Source: an uncultured virus (IMG/VR IMGVR_UViG_3300010885_003339) (Duplodnaviria > Heunggongvirae > Uroviricota > Caudoviricetes). From it: a DNA stretch of 64,000 bases. Below, one piece after another: positions 36,035 through 46,522 of the stretch. Position numbers and translations under genes: made by a program. Within the stretch, counting starts at the first letter, position 1; each line of letters begins with the position of its first letter. The stretch lies in IMG/VR virus record IMGVR_UViG_3300010885_003339; one strand, given 5' to 3'. Below the pieces are notes generated by a model, which saw only the letters and a program-made list of their open reading frames with translations, did no database searches and was not told the DNA's origin.

Positions 36035-38180
36035 ATGATACTGTTGCTGATGATGAGAAGTGATTGCCTGATGCGGAATCACCAGAGATATCAAATCTAG
36101 CCCTTGACATAGCACGATGGAAGCTAGGGTCTTTGAACATGTTATCGGTCAGAGTTAAGGTTGTATCAAAAGAACTCATGCCGCTACTCTCTGGGATTGG
36201 CACTTGCGACTGTTTAAAGGTAGACTGCTGGTCTAGTGACAGTTCTTGGCCGCCATCATCTTCTTTTTTGGCATTATTATTAGTGGCATTATTATCAACA
36301 TTCTCTTTCTTGGCATTAGGATCAACTGAGACCTTGCCTGTATTTGGATCGTAGTTAGCAGATTCTTCTTTGGTATTCATGGTGAAGAGTGGTTTACTGT
36401 CTTTATCTACAACGACCGAGTTATCGTTCTTCATAGCACCAATTGGTAGTGCTTTAATCTCACCTTCATTGACATTAGCCTCACCACCTTCAGCCATTGC
36501 GGGGATAGGTTCACCGGTTTGAGGTTCTGGTTGAGGCATGCCACGAGTATACAAATCTTGATATGCTCTCTTTGACATATGAACACCGTCTTGTGCATCG
36601 GCTGTCACAGATGAGTTGTCAACATATCTGAATCCATTGGTTCTAGCTGAATCACCTAATAGCTGATTAACAGTACCAACATTGCCTGACCATTGTTTAC
36701 CATTCGATTGGTGCGGACCATGAATACTTACATTGAGACCGCGCTCTTCGGCAATCTGTTTGAGTTCCGCCATTCTAGCTTCATAGGTTTTAGGATCTAG
36801 TCGATTGCTGGCCGCATCATTGGTACCAGCATAAAGTTGGACTGTAGAACCCTGTGGCACATTCTTTAATTGTTGAACCATTCTAGGGTCAGTAAACATT
36901 AGACCACCTTGAGCCACACTCGGTGTTTTATTTGATTGACCTACACCCACACCAATACTATCACCAGCGGTGTAAATGGTTTGACCTGTTGTTGCACGTT
37001 CTCTACTCTGAGGGTCAGTATTATTGTTTCTCTGAGTATATTCTTGTTTCTGACCCTCATTTCTTTGGATGGATAGAGCCAGATTCTTCTCACGTTCTAG
37101 ACCCATCTCACCTTTTCTCGCGGTGATTTGTTCCTGCGTAGGTTCAGCACCTGTTGGTATAATAGTGCCTTCCTGAACCGACATTTGTTTCAAATGGCCC
37201 ATACGGTTTCTTACACCACCGGCCACATCTCTAGGTCTTTCGAAGTCACCTACAACCGTATTCATTCTTTGTTCGGTGGTGAGATTTTCATCGTTCAGGT
37301 CACGCCATGATTTACCGTAATGAGACTTCATTTCCCAAATAGCCGCTTTAGTCTGTTGAGCGACTGTCATCTCTTGTGGGTATTGACCAAACTGTTCTTT
37401 GATTCTTGCCGCACGAGTTTGATCCCACTGAGCAATACCATGAGCTTTCTGATTTGGATTACTACCAGAAGGATCGGGGTGAACATCTTGAGGTACATGT
37501 AGACCTTCACCAGATAGGTTAGCAACTAGAATCTTAGCCGCACTATCAGATAGACCTTCTTGTCTGGCTGCCGCATAAGCCTCTTGCTGGTTCTGCTTTA
37601 ACGTGCCACCTTTGGTGCCTGCTGTTCTATTCTTTAAATCTTCGGTAACTTCAGCTTCGGATATCTGTGTTCCTTTATATGATAACTTACCATCTTCACC
37701 TGTAATTTTTTCAATACCAGCCTTCTTCAAATCTTCAGGTGATAGCTTCTCTAAGAATTTCAATCGAGGATCGTCGGCGGAAACTTGACCATTTTTCAAT
37801 TCTTCGTAAACTTTTTTCTGTTCATCGGAAAGATTTGCCAGTTTTTCTTTGGCGGCTACTGTTGAAGTTTTTTTACCTGTAGAAGGATCAAATTTAGATC
37901 CGGATTTATCCAACTGATCGACACTCATCTGTTGATTGGCTTCACGACGACTCAATGGTTTAAACTCATCAGACATAACACTCTTCAGAGCCTTACCAAC
38001 GTCAGGCAGTTTCTCTTGATAGTATCTTGGAAATAGACCAGGCAACTGAGAAGGATCTACATTCGCTAAGATGTTTAGACCATCTTGTGATTGAGCTAGT
38101 CTCAGCCTCTCGGTAACGGACATTTTACCGAGCATAGTCTTATAATCTACAGATACCGTAGACAGTCTTTTAGTAGCCAT
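36033..38180 (-). CDS. Baseplate-hub/tail-associated protein with phage tail lysozyme and SGNH hydrolase domains
   Basis: GLS..AA..LVANL.GE, AHGIAQW..R, FERP (tail lysozyme); GDSIG, GTND, DGVH (SGNH); follows gp26/gp51. Confidence 0.75.
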   Translation of the reverse strand: MATKRLSTVSVDYKTMLGKMSVTERLRLAQSQDGLNILANVDPSQLPGLFPRYYQEKLPDVGKALKSVMSDEFKPLSRREANQQMSVDQLDKSGSKFDPSTGKKTSTVAAKEKLANLSDEQKKVYEELKNGQVSADDPRLKFLEKLSPEDLKKAGIEKITGEDGKLSYKGTQISEAEVTEDLKNRTAGTKGGTLKQNQQEAYAAARQEGLSDSAAKILVANLSGEGLHVPQDVHPDPSGSNPNQKAHGIAQWDQTRAARIKEQFGQYPQEMTVAQQTKAAIWEMKSHYGKSWRDLNDENLTTEQRMNTVVGDFERPRDVAGGVRNRMGHLKQMSVQEGTIIPTGAEPTQEQITARKGEMGLEREKNLALSIQRNEGQKQEYTQRNNNTDPQSRERATTGQTIYTAGDSIGVGVGQSNKTPSVAQGGLMFTDPRMVQQLKNVPQGSTVQLYAGTNDAASNRLDPKTYEARMAELKQIAEERGLNVSIHGPHQSNGKQWSGNVGTVNQLLGDSARTNGFRYVDNSSVTADAQDGVHMSKRAYQDLYTRGMPQPEPQTGEPIPAMAEGGEANVNEGEIKALPIGAMKNDNSVVVDKDSKPLFTMNTKEESANYDPNTGKVSVDPNAKKENVDNNATNNNAKKEDDGGQELSLDQQSTFKQSQVPIPESSGMSSFDTTLTLTDNMFKDPSFHRAMSRARFDISGDSASGNHFSSSATVS

Positions 38181-38380
38181 TAGTTTCTCTTATTCTGTTT
38201 GATTGAGGCTTGATCACGCATTTGTTGTTCTACCTGTGCTATATGTGCCTTCAGAAGGCTTATATAGATATATCTTTCCCATGGTATCATGTTTTCCAAG
38301 TCTGAAAGACTATATTTGTGGTGGTGCATCAATGCGAAGTTGGTCTTATAATAAGATTCCAAATTCTCGTAACCAAGCAT
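38180..38380 (-). CDS. gp51: Baseplate hub assembly protein (gp51-like)
   Basis: YYKTNFALMHHHKYSLSDLENMIPWER.IY. Confidence 0.8.
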   Translation of the reverse strand: MLGYENLESYYKTNFALMHHHKYSLSDLENMIPWERYIYISLLKAHIAQVEQQMRDQASIKQNKRN

Positions 38381-39105
38381 TAGTAAAAAAAACTTTCGAA
38401 ATCCGAGTATTCGATAGAGTGATTATAACCACACTTACCACATATCTTTTCTAGATTGACGGCAAAATATGGGAAGTTTGAAGTGAAACTCTCCAGCTTC
38501 TTATAGTTCTCTTCAGTTAGATTCTCGACGAACTCTCTCAAATCTTCTTTGGTGTAGTCTTTGGTTGAATAGACCTTCTCACCCTTGACAATCTGATCGA
38601 TACAGTTAACGATGACATTGATCTTACGCTCAAGCGGATTACCCTTTGCATCAATCACCTTTAAGATAGAATAGCTAGGGTATTTCATCTTGACAGAGAC
38701 CTTACCACCTAATTCAAACACCATTGGTGTATCTGGTTTAATGATCTCTGCATTGGAGATATCAATCTCCGCATTAAATTCGTGATTACATGTAACACCT
38801 GTCTCAGGTACCACATGTTTACAGGCGAAACCAATCTCAACCGATTCTGATATAGACTTGGCCCTCAATGCAATGAACAAGTAATCAATATCAAAGAACG
38901 GCAGCTTATCTATATCCACATCACCTTCAATTACACAGTTACTAATGATCTGCTTGGTTGTTCTGATGATCTCGTTAATGTCATTAGATTCTGCTGCCAT
39001 TAACAGTAGTTTTTCTTCTTTAACCAGAAAAGGTCTAATCGTGATCTCTTTTCCGCTAGATGGTATTCTCAACTCATAGGTAGGTACATCGACCGTAGGT
39101 AGCAT
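38380..39105 (-). CDS. gp26: Baseplate hub protein (gp26-like)
   Basis: LP....PTY.L.IPS, RPFLVKEEKLLL, FDIDYLF..LRAKS. Confidence 0.85.
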   Translation of the reverse strand: MLPTVDVPTYELRIPSSGKEITIRPFLVKEEKLLLMAAESNDINEIIRTTKQIISNCVIEGDVDIDKLPFFDIDYLFIALRAKSISESVEIGFACKHVVPETGVTCNHEFNAEIDISNAEIIKPDTPMVFELGGKVSVKMKYPSYSILKVIDAKGNPLERKINVIVNCIDQIVKGEKVYSTKDYTKEDLREFVENLTEENYKKLESFTSNFPYFAVNLEKICGKCGYNHSIEYSDFESFFY

Positions 39106-39134
39106 TATAAATCAACCTCTCATTAAAAAACGTA

Positions 39135-39776
39135 TTAAACGTATTTGTTATAGTATGTTACGATATCAGGTACATTTATGGGACCGCCACTAGCCAACTT
39201 ATTGGTCGAGTCATCCATGCGAGGCCTGACCCATTTGTTATATGTGAATGTGATACCGAGTCTAAGGAACTGGTCATCTGCCCATGTTAATTGCTGTGGG
39301 TTAACTAGCACTGGAAATGCATCCAGTAGTGAGAACTGATAGTTAACTTTATTATCATCACCATACTGAAATATCTGAATCTCACATGAGTATTGGTCAC
39401 GATAGCTAAAGTCATATGTAGTGGTTGGATTGATGAGGTTCATCCAGTCATCAAAGAACTTACGCTCAGGTGACTCAGCGCGACACAGAAAGGTCAGCGT
39501 CATATCTTCGTATGAGGTCTGAAAAGGCACCTTGAAATTGCTACCGTAGTAGCGGACATCCATTGTATTCAGACCACGACCTGGATATTCAGCCGCCTCA
39601 CACAGATATATAAGGTCTCTTATGATATCACCATATTGGGCTAAGTATGAACTGGATGGTATAATACGAACAGCAAATTTACATGACTTAGCCAAGCCAC
39701 CAAATTTTTCAGAAACAGACTTGAAGTCAAGCATGTTGAAATCTTTATGCACATTTACAAAATTAAATATTGCCAT
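39135..39776 (-). CDS. Tail-tube-fold protein (gp54/gp19-like)
   Basis: GGLAK..F.V, LCE.AE.PG, ERKFFDDW, AFP pattern. Confidence 0.7.
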   Translation of the reverse strand: MAIFNFVNVHKDFNMLDFKSVSEKFGGLAKSCKFAVRIIPSSSYLAQYGDIIRDLIYLCEAAEYPGRGLNTMDVRYYGSNFKVPFQTSYEDMTLTFLCRAESPERKFFDDWMNLINPTTTYDFSYRDQYSCEIQIFQYGDDNKVNYQFSLLDAFPVLVNPQQLTWADDQFLRLGITFTYNKWVRPRMDDSTNKLASGGPINVPDIVTYYNKYV

Positions 39777-39788
39777 TTGTTTTAACCT

Positions 39789-40295
39789 TTATTTCCTATA
39801 AACAAATTGTGCTACAGGTAGATTGATAGCTTTTTCCCACTCTTCTGGTAGCACCTCAATAAACTTACTATAGCAATGGTCAAACAGATAACGCTTGATG
39901 CATGGTCGAGTGGTATTGGACAGTTTCTTGGTTGATTGAAGAAGGTCATAGGTCAGATTCAATACAGTGGATCTGTCAAACATAGCATTATTTGAGAATT
40001 TTGACAGACGCCCTAACAACCATGATCTTTCACTCTCAGCTAGATAGTGTAGATTCAATCCTAAGAAACCATTACCATATCTCTCAATAGGGAATACCAA
40101 AGGAAAGTTATCATATACTGGTAGCTTATCCTTATACTTCGGATCATATGCAAAGAAATACATCTTACCAATAACGGTGTGATCACGACCACGAGTATCG
40201 TTATGGATAATGTTCTTTCTATAGCCAGCCGCAGAGCGAGCCTTGTCTATAAACCAGTCAGTAGATTCTTTTGTTTTTTGCGTTTTTGTAGCCAT
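39789..40295 (-). CDS. gp2: DNA end protector (gp2-like)
   Basis: GKMYFF.YDPK.K..LP.YD.FPLV, GFLGLNLHYL, CIKRYL; minus-strand AATAAATA at 40300-40307. Confidence 0.88.
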   Translation of the reverse strand: MATKTQKTKESTDWFIDKARSAAGYRKNIIHNDTRGRDHTVIGKMYFFAYDPKYKDKLPVYDNFPLVFPIERYGNGFLGLNLHYLAESERSWLLGRLSKFSNNAMFDRSTVLNLTYDLLQSTKKLSNTTRPCIKRYLFDHCYSKFIEVLPEEWEKAINLPVAQFVYRK

Positions 40296-40302
40296 AATCT
40301 AT

Positions 40303-40749
40303 TTATTTAATCCCTAGATGGTCTTCCGTGATAATTGCAAATTCCCAGCCTCTATTCTCACAAAAATCTCTAGCATACTGCCACTTAGCTTGGTTCACAG
40401 CCCATGTAGTGACCTCTGTGATATATCGCCTGGTTTTATTGGCCTGCACTTTAGGTTCTTTGGTCTGTGCCTTTGGTTTGACCTCAATGACGACAGTCTT
40501 GATACCACCATCTGGCTTACGCATCTTAGCCACAAAGTCAGGGAAGTATCTATGCTTCATACCATCAACTGGTGAGATATAAGGCACGATTAATTCTTCG
40601 CTAGACCACTCAAGGACGTTAGCGTTTTCATCTAAATATCTCATGACCCTAAGTTCCCATGTTGATCGCCAGATGATATTCATCGGATCACCATTGTATT
40701 TGGCTGGATTCTTTGGGCTGAATCTTCCTTTGTATGCTTTGTGTGCCAT
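40303..40749 (-). CDS. gp4: Head completion nuclease (gp4-like, TnsA fold)
   Basis: YKGRF.PKNP.KY.GD, RS.WE, WSSEE, RYFPDF, IEVKP, N.AKW. Confidence 0.9.
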   Translation of the reverse strand: MAHKAYKGRFSPKNPAKYNGDPMNIIWRSTWELRVMRYLDENANVLEWSSEELIVPYISPVDGMKHRYFPDFVAKMRKPDGGIKTVVIEVKPKAQTKEPKVQANKTRRYITEVTTWAVNQAKWQYARDFCENRGWEFAIITEDHLGIK

Positions 40750-40762
40750 ATAAATATGTATA
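40749..40762. promoter_or_regulatory. Overlapping divergent late promoters
   Basis: TATAAATA on + (40749-40756) and TATACATA on - (40762-40755). Confidence 0.6.
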
Positions 40763-40788
40763 ATACGAGAAAAGGATAAATCCCTTCA

Positions 40789-41883
40789 ATGCTTATTTTA
40801 GATGCTTTAGAAGAATATGCTCGATCTGGTCAGGTTCCATTGCCAACCGCTGAGATGGCTGGTAATAACGTAGCACCAAACCTTAGTTCACCAATCTTAG
40901 GTAGATCCAACCAGTATGATTTTGAGTACCGTGTATTCCCAAGCGATCTTGGTACTGATGCAAACAAACACTATGTGGTGTTCAATATCAATGTACCAAT
41001 TCATTCTACAGGACCTAATAAAGGTAAACCTAAAAATGGATCATATGATACGGCCGACTTCACATCTATAAAAACAACAGGTGATTTTTCTAAGGTCGAT
41101 CAATTAAGAGGTGCTAGTTTTTTTTCTAACCTTGGTGCCGATGGCGCCAACGCCAATGTACCGAGATACACTATGCGTATTGCAGAATCTATTGCAATGC
41201 ACATGCCAACACCTTTAACATTCACATCAACCAATATATATGAAGATATTTCATTGACACAATTTGCTGCCGGCACTGGTAAATTTGCAGCTAGTCTGGT
41301 TGGTAAAGCGATGATTGAAGGTGGCAACGCAAGAAAAGTGTTTGATCGGTTTGGTAATGTTATTTCTGCTAGTGGTGACCTTCTTGGTTCCGCATTGAAA
41401 TTGGGTGGTAATCCAATCAATCCTCGTATCGAAGTTCTATTTGCTAATACATTACAGAGACAGTTTGCATTCGAATTTCTAATGGCTCCTCGCACAGAAG
41501 AAGAGTCATATGTGATGGACAGAATCATCCGCACATTCAAATTTCACTCGGCACCGGCTATTAATCAGGCGAATCTAGGAGATGTTGATTTTTTAGACTC
41601 GGCACCCGGTAGTTTCGAGGGTCTTATTGCTGAGTTCGGCAAGTATCTCATTCCTTTCTATGTACCTCCAGCAGAATTTGATATTACATTCTTCAATAAT
41701 GGTGTAGAAAACGATAGAATACCGCGCATCAATACATGCGTCTTAGAAAGAATTGAAGTGGATTATGCACCGCAGGGTATGTATGCGACCTTCAGTAATG
41801 GTTATCCAGTAGCCTGCCGTCTATCCATGTCATTCAGAGAAACCGAAGTTGTTCATAAACAGCGCGTTGCACAGGGCTTCTAA
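40789..41883 (+). CDS. gp48: Baseplate tail-tube cap (gp48-like)
   Basis: I.MHMP, NP..EVLF, RQF.FEF..APR..EES, FKFHSAP, VDYAP, F.E.E. Confidence 0.8.
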   Translation: MLILDALEEYARSGQVPLPTAEMAGNNVAPNLSSPILGRSNQYDFEYRVFPSDLGTDANKHYVVFNINVPIHSTGPNKGKPKNGSYDTADFTSIKTTGDFSKVDQLRGASFFSNLGADGANANVPRYTMRIAESIAMHMPTPLTFTSTNIYEDISLTQFAAGTGKFAASLVGKAMIEGGNARKVFDRFGNVISASGDLLGSALKLGGNPINPRIEVLFANTLQRQFAFEFLMAPRTEEESYVMDRIIRTFKFHSAPAINQANLGDVDFLDSAPGSFEGLIAEFGKYLIPFYVPPAEFDITFFNNGVENDRIPRINTCVLERIEVDYAPQGMYATFSNGYPVACRLSMSFRETEVVHKQRVAQGF

Positions 41884-42821
41884 TGTCTAATTTTTTTGAT
41901 AAGTTCCCAAAAATACCATATAACATCTCAGGTGATAAGCTTGGTAATTATCAGGCTGTCACCAATATTATGTTCCGTTTTGGATTTCTTCGAGATGTTA
42001 TTAATAATGTGTCTGCATATGAAAGCTATGAGATTCAAGAAGGTGATACACCCGAAATCTTGGCTCACAAGTATTATGGAGGATCTGAAGCCTACTGGCT
42101 CATTCTCTATGCTAATGACATATATGACCCACAATATGACTGGCCACTAGACCGCAGAAGCTTTGTTAATTACATCGAAAGTAAATATGGTTCAACAGCC
42201 AATGCACATGCTCAGATACATCATTATGAAAAGGTTGTTGGTCGTCAGGTAGAAAACACACAAGAGTTCTTCTTTGATAAGTATGAGATTGATTATACAC
42301 CTGTGACTATTACAATCATTGATGTGGCCACATATACTGGTGCATTAGATCCTAATGATATTGTATATCAGAGTGCAGATCGAACCTATGCAAATTCATC
42401 TTTCACCGGCAAGATTGTAAACTTCTCAGGCTCGAACAATATCATGTTCTTAGCCAATACAGTTGGTAATTACTTAGTTGCATTGCCTACATATAACTAT
42501 ACAAAGGCTGGTTCACCGGCGGCTAATGTTTCATCTCTAGGGTTCACATCTAACGAAGTATTATACCCAGACCCCGATGTTCCTCACGATTTCTATGTCA
42601 ATCTACCAGCCACACCAACCTCTACTGATTATACGCTAGATGGTAAGACAATCACCGAAGTCATTGGTCGCCGTGCTATAAGTTGCTATGACTATGAGAA
42701 TGAAAGAAATGAGGCTAAGCGTAGTATTAAACTTATTCATAAACAGTATCTAGGTCCAATTATGTCCGAATTTGGTAAACTTACTAATTCTATTCCAGGT
42801 TATTTAAGAAGGTTGAAGTAA
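41883..42821 (+). CDS. gp53: Baseplate wedge (gp53-like)
   Basis: FF..FP.I.Y, GDTPE.LA..YYG, WLIL..N.I.DP.YDWP, HHYE, YE...NE.KR.I. Confidence 0.85.
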   Translation: MSNFFDKFPKIPYNISGDKLGNYQAVTNIMFRFGFLRDVINNVSAYESYEIQEGDTPEILAHKYYGGSEAYWLILYANDIYDPQYDWPLDRRSFVNYIESKYGSTANAHAQIHHYEKVVGRQVENTQEFFFDKYEIDYTPVTITIIDVATYTGALDPNDIVYQSADRTYANSSFTGKIVNFSGSNNIMFLANTVGNYLVALPTYNYTKAGSPAANVSSLGFTSNEVLYPDPDVPHDFYVNLPATPTSTDYTLDGKTITEVIGRRAISCYDYENERNEAKRSIKLIHKQYLGPIMSEFGKLTNSIPGYLRRLK

Positions 42822-44054
42822 TTGGCAGGCTTAACTGAACCCACCAACTGGAATGAGGTAATGGCTCATTGTGGCATCGAGATTACCGGTGCCACTGAAG
42901 CAGAAATGGAAGACCTCAGCGTTGTCGAAGTCATGCTGGGTGAGAGTCTATTAACTCCAGGGTTACAGACCTCGGTGAGAGTGCAAAGCTACACACAGAA
43001 TTTGCGTGTTAAGAACTATGATAACTTTAAGAAGTCTGATTTATCGATATCGATAAAGAGGCCTATTCTAGAGCGTTACAATTTCATAGATACTATTGAT
43101 GTTATACAGACTGTTTATCGTGTTGATAAACGTAGGTTGATCAGTAATACTACAGAAGAATTTACTATTCGTGCATGTGACCCTTCGTTGCTTAATGATG
43201 CTGAAACACTGGTGTCCAAGTCATGGAAATGCACCACACCATCAGAGATTGTTCAACATGTATTGGGATCATGCGTAGGGGCCACTAACCCTGATATTGA
43301 ATTTTCAGATCCGGCCAGAGATTATATCGCAGAGAATATCCATCCGTTTCAGGTTATTCAACAGCAGGCTAATTATGCTCTAGCAGATGGTTATGATCCA
43401 TCATTCTTGCATTATATGACATATGAAAACTACGGTACGCATCACTTCAGGTCATTATCAAGCCTTTGCTCAGGTAACCCTATCGCTACATTTATCTATA
43501 ACGAAACTGGTTCAACCTATCAGAATCCGCACTCAGCACTCACATATAATTTCCCATGCGATTTTGATATCTTAGCTGATATCCTTAACGGTGTCGATGC
43601 ATCTGGCCGTAATATCAGCACCGTAGCACTGTTTGACCCTAATCTCAAAGCGTTCAGTTTGATGGGTGACACCACATTTGGATGCGGTAATGGTGCTGGC
43701 GTATTCAGATATGCTATTACCAATCAAAACTCAGCAATGAGTATGGATGCCTGCCCCGATTATGCAAAAGAATACCTGCTAAAGAGGCAGGCTAGAATGG
43801 GCCTACTAGAGAAAGATCGCATCGCACTACGCTTGGTTGTACCATTCAATGCATCACTCCATGCTGGCAAGATCATCCGTTTCGAGATATATAATAAAGA
43901 CCAGTTACTACAAGGAAATGGTGGTGATGAGACATATAATTATGGTTCAGGCGATTATCTAATATTAAATATGTTTCATCATTATACGGCTGGTGGTTAT
44001 GCAACAACTGTAATGGATTGTGTATCGACCAATATTGGATTTACTGGGTTATAA
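42822..44054 (+). CDS. Putative baseplate hub protein (gp27-like position)
   Basis: Synteny between gp53 and gp5; SGDYLI C-terminal pattern. Confidence 0.5.
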   Translation: MAGLTEPTNWNEVMAHCGIEITGATEAEMEDLSVVEVMLGESLLTPGLQTSVRVQSYTQNLRVKNYDNFKKSDLSISIKRPILERYNFIDTIDVIQTVYRVDKRRLISNTTEEFTIRACDPSLLNDAETLVSKSWKCTTPSEIVQHVLGSCVGATNPDIEFSDPARDYIAENIHPFQVIQQQANYALADGYDPSFLHYMTYENYGTHHFRSLSSLCSGNPIATFIYNETGSTYQNPHSALTYNFPCDFDILADILNGVDASGRNISTVALFDPNLKAFSLMGDTTFGCGNGAGVFRYAITNQNSAMSMDACPDYAKEYLLKRQARMGLLEKDRIALRLVVPFNASLHAGKIIRFEIYNKDQLLQGNGGDETYNYGSGDYLILNMFHHYTAGGYATTVMDCVSTNIGFTGL

Positions 44055-44065
44055 GGGAGTAGAAT

Positions 44066-45283
44066 ATGTTACCAAGAAGTTCAGCGAGTAGTTCACAGGT
44101 ATATGGTATCGTTGTTGGTGGTCATGATAATGATCCTGCTGGTGATGAATCAGGCAATCTTCGTGTTTATTTTCCCGGAATACATGGTAGAGATGTTAAT
44201 GTTCAGCACTTGAATTTCAGCCCACGATTGATGAGCCCAACTAAGTCAACTCAGCAAGAATTTCCAGGTGGTCTAGACCCCGGTACTCTAGTTGTGGCTA
44301 TGAAAGACACTGGTTCCAACTATTGCCAGATCATCGGTGTGGCTAATGATACCAACCTCAGCGAGAATCAGATTGCTGGTAATACAGACTTATTACAGTT
44401 TGTTCGTATGTTTCTCAGCACCAATATTAATGTTCGCATACCTCCGACCATTCAAGAAACTATGGTGGGTGGTGTTAGAGTTCGTAAGGCTGTAGAAAAA
44501 GGTCAGTTGCATAATCATAATCTATTGCAGGGTTTGCCAACTCACGGTGCATTATATCCAATGTCTGGCTCGGTGCTACCTCGTGTGTCTGGTGTTAATA
44601 CCGCACAGACTGGTTTTGATAGCCTCATGTCAGGCGATATTCTTGGTGCAATTCCAGGTGTATTCATGACACTAGGTAAGATGTTCAGCATCTTACAGTC
44701 AACAGGTGCATTGAGAAACCTGAAGGTATCGAGAGAAGTTGGTCTAGCATTAGGTAGTATTAGCCTGCTTATTCAGCAAGTTGAGACGATGGAGAAGGCT
44801 GGCTTCAATGTTGGTGGTCGTGTGCATCAAGATACATATCTTAGCAATGCCACGCAGTTACTATCACAAGCTCAAACCGTATCGGATATCACACGTTCAC
44901 TAAGCAGACTACAGAATGATAGAACATTATTTGGCCACAGTAATCTAAAAAATGGTATCAAATCTCAGAATACTCATTATGGAAGCAGTAAAGTGTCGAT
45001 ATCACCTACTGGTTCTATTATGCGCTACTTACCACCTCAGACTAGACAGGCTATCAGTGCTGGTTTCCAAGTTCTATCATTGATTAATAGTGTATATCCA
45101 GGTCAGAAGATATTTGGTGATTCGGCCGCTAAGATATACAGGATGATCAACAGGCTTACACCATTATCTCTAGCCTTTCTGTTATTCAATCTAGCAAGGC
45201 AGAATGTTGGACCTCAGGCTATCCGACACGGAACTATTAATACTATCACCAATACGGGTGGAAACCCGTTTCTAATACCATAA
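44066..45283 (+). CDS. gp5-like N-terminal OB-fold protein
   Basis: GIVV...DP....G.LRVY.PGIH..G.LVV..IIG resembles the gp5/VgrG OB fold. Confidence 0.55.
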   Translation: MLPRSSASSSQVYGIVVGGHDNDPAGDESGNLRVYFPGIHGRDVNVQHLNFSPRLMSPTKSTQQEFPGGLDPGTLVVAMKDTGSNYCQIIGVANDTNLSENQIAGNTDLLQFVRMFLSTNINVRIPPTIQETMVGGVRVRKAVEKGQLHNHNLLQGLPTHGALYPMSGSVLPRVSGVNTAQTGFDSLMSGDILGAIPGVFMTLGKMFSILQSTGALRNLKVSREVGLALGSISLLIQQVETMEKAGFNVGGRVHQDTYLSNATQLLSQAQTVSDITRSLSRLQNDRTLFGHSNLKNGIKSQNTHYGSSKVSISPTGSIMRYLPPQTRQAISAGFQVLSLINSVYPGQKIFGDSAAKIYRMINRLTPLSLAFLLFNLARQNVGPQAIRHGTINTITNTGGNPFLIP

Positions 45284-45292
45284 AGGTTTATA

Positions 45293-46495
45293 ATGGCTAC
45301 TGAGAGTGAAATTGCACAGGTAAAAGAGTATTACGGCAATCAGGCTGAAGCTGGTACCTATCAGCTTGATGGTAAAAACATTGAATATGGTGGGCCATCC
45401 GCTCAACCAACCGCAGATAGCACCGCTGAAGATATAGATAAGAAAACCACACCAGATTCATGGGATGGCCCTGAAGATGCTCGTTCGATGGAAGGTGCTG
45501 GTCAATACCCTAATTATTATTCACATAAGACCCGTTCTGGTCATCTCTTTATGATGGATGATAGTAATGGTGCAGAGCATGTCACAGTGCAACACCGCAC
45601 CGGTTCTATGATACAATTTGGTCCTGACGGTAAAGTTAATATCACCTCACATAATGGTCAGTATAATATTGTTTTTGGTGAGAATCGTATGCTAGTCACA
45701 GGCGCACATGATATTACCGTTAATGGTGATGCCTCACTCAGAGTTGATGGTGATTATAATGTGGCTGTTCAAGGTGATGTTAATTTCTCAGCGCAAGGTG
45801 ATATAAACTTCACCTCTAAGAATGTCAATACAGTCGCTCGTGGTAATATCGATATCTCAGCTATCAACAGAAGCGAGAAAGTATCAGGTTCTATTACACA
45901 GCAGGCTCAGGGTGCTATGAGTATTCTAGCCGAGACTGGTATGACTATTGGTGCAACCACTGGTGGTGTCGCCATAATGGCAGGGACGATGATTGGTATG
46001 GTTGCTAAGGCTGGTGCCATCATGATGAAAGCACTGGCCTCTATTAGTATGAAAACCGAAGGTTACTTCTCTAGTGAAGCTAAAGGTGCAACCTCTATTG
46101 AATCTATAGGTGCCGTTATTATCAATTCTGGTGCTGAAACTTCTATTGGCGCACTAGGTGCAGTAGCGATTGAAGCAGTCGGTGTAGTGTCCGTTTCATG
46201 TGAAGGTGCTATTGGTATCGAGGCATCAGGTGCTGTAGATATTCTGGCTGGTGGTATAGCTTCTTTCGGAGCCGAAGGTGTGGTCAATATCGATTCGGGT
46301 GCGGCCTTAAATCTATGGGGAACTCCAATATTACAGAATGTGGCTCCCGCCACAATAGGACCTATCTATATACCAGCTTTACCTTCTATACCAGCATTAG
46401 ACCCACTGGTAGCTTTCGTTCACTTGCCTGCACCACCTGCTATCCCGGATCCAGAAACAGTCTTATCGGCCGCTGGTAAGTTCGGTCGAAACTAA
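45293..46495 (+). CDS. gp5-like C-terminal beta-helix spike protein
   Basis: YPN....TRSGH....DDS.GAE....HRTGS....PDG followed by 8-residue V.G repeats. Confidence 0.8.
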   Translation: MATESEIAQVKEYYGNQAEAGTYQLDGKNIEYGGPSAQPTADSTAEDIDKKTTPDSWDGPEDARSMEGAGQYPNYYSHKTRSGHLFMMDDSNGAEHVTVQHRTGSMIQFGPDGKVNITSHNGQYNIVFGENRMLVTGAHDITVNGDASLRVDGDYNVAVQGDVNFSAQGDINFTSKNVNTVARGNIDISAINRSEKVSGSITQQAQGAMSILAETGMTIGATTGGVAIMAGTMIGMVAKAGAIMMKALASISMKTEGYFSSEAKGATSIESIGAVIINSGAETSIGALGAVAIEAVGVVSVSCEGAIGIEASGAVDILAGGIASFGAEGVVNIDSGAALNLWGTPILQNVAPATIGPIYIPALPSIPALDPLVAFVHLPAPPAIPDPETVLSAAGKFGRN

Positions 46496-46522
46496 CCTCT
46501 AACAGGTAATCTAAATAATCAT

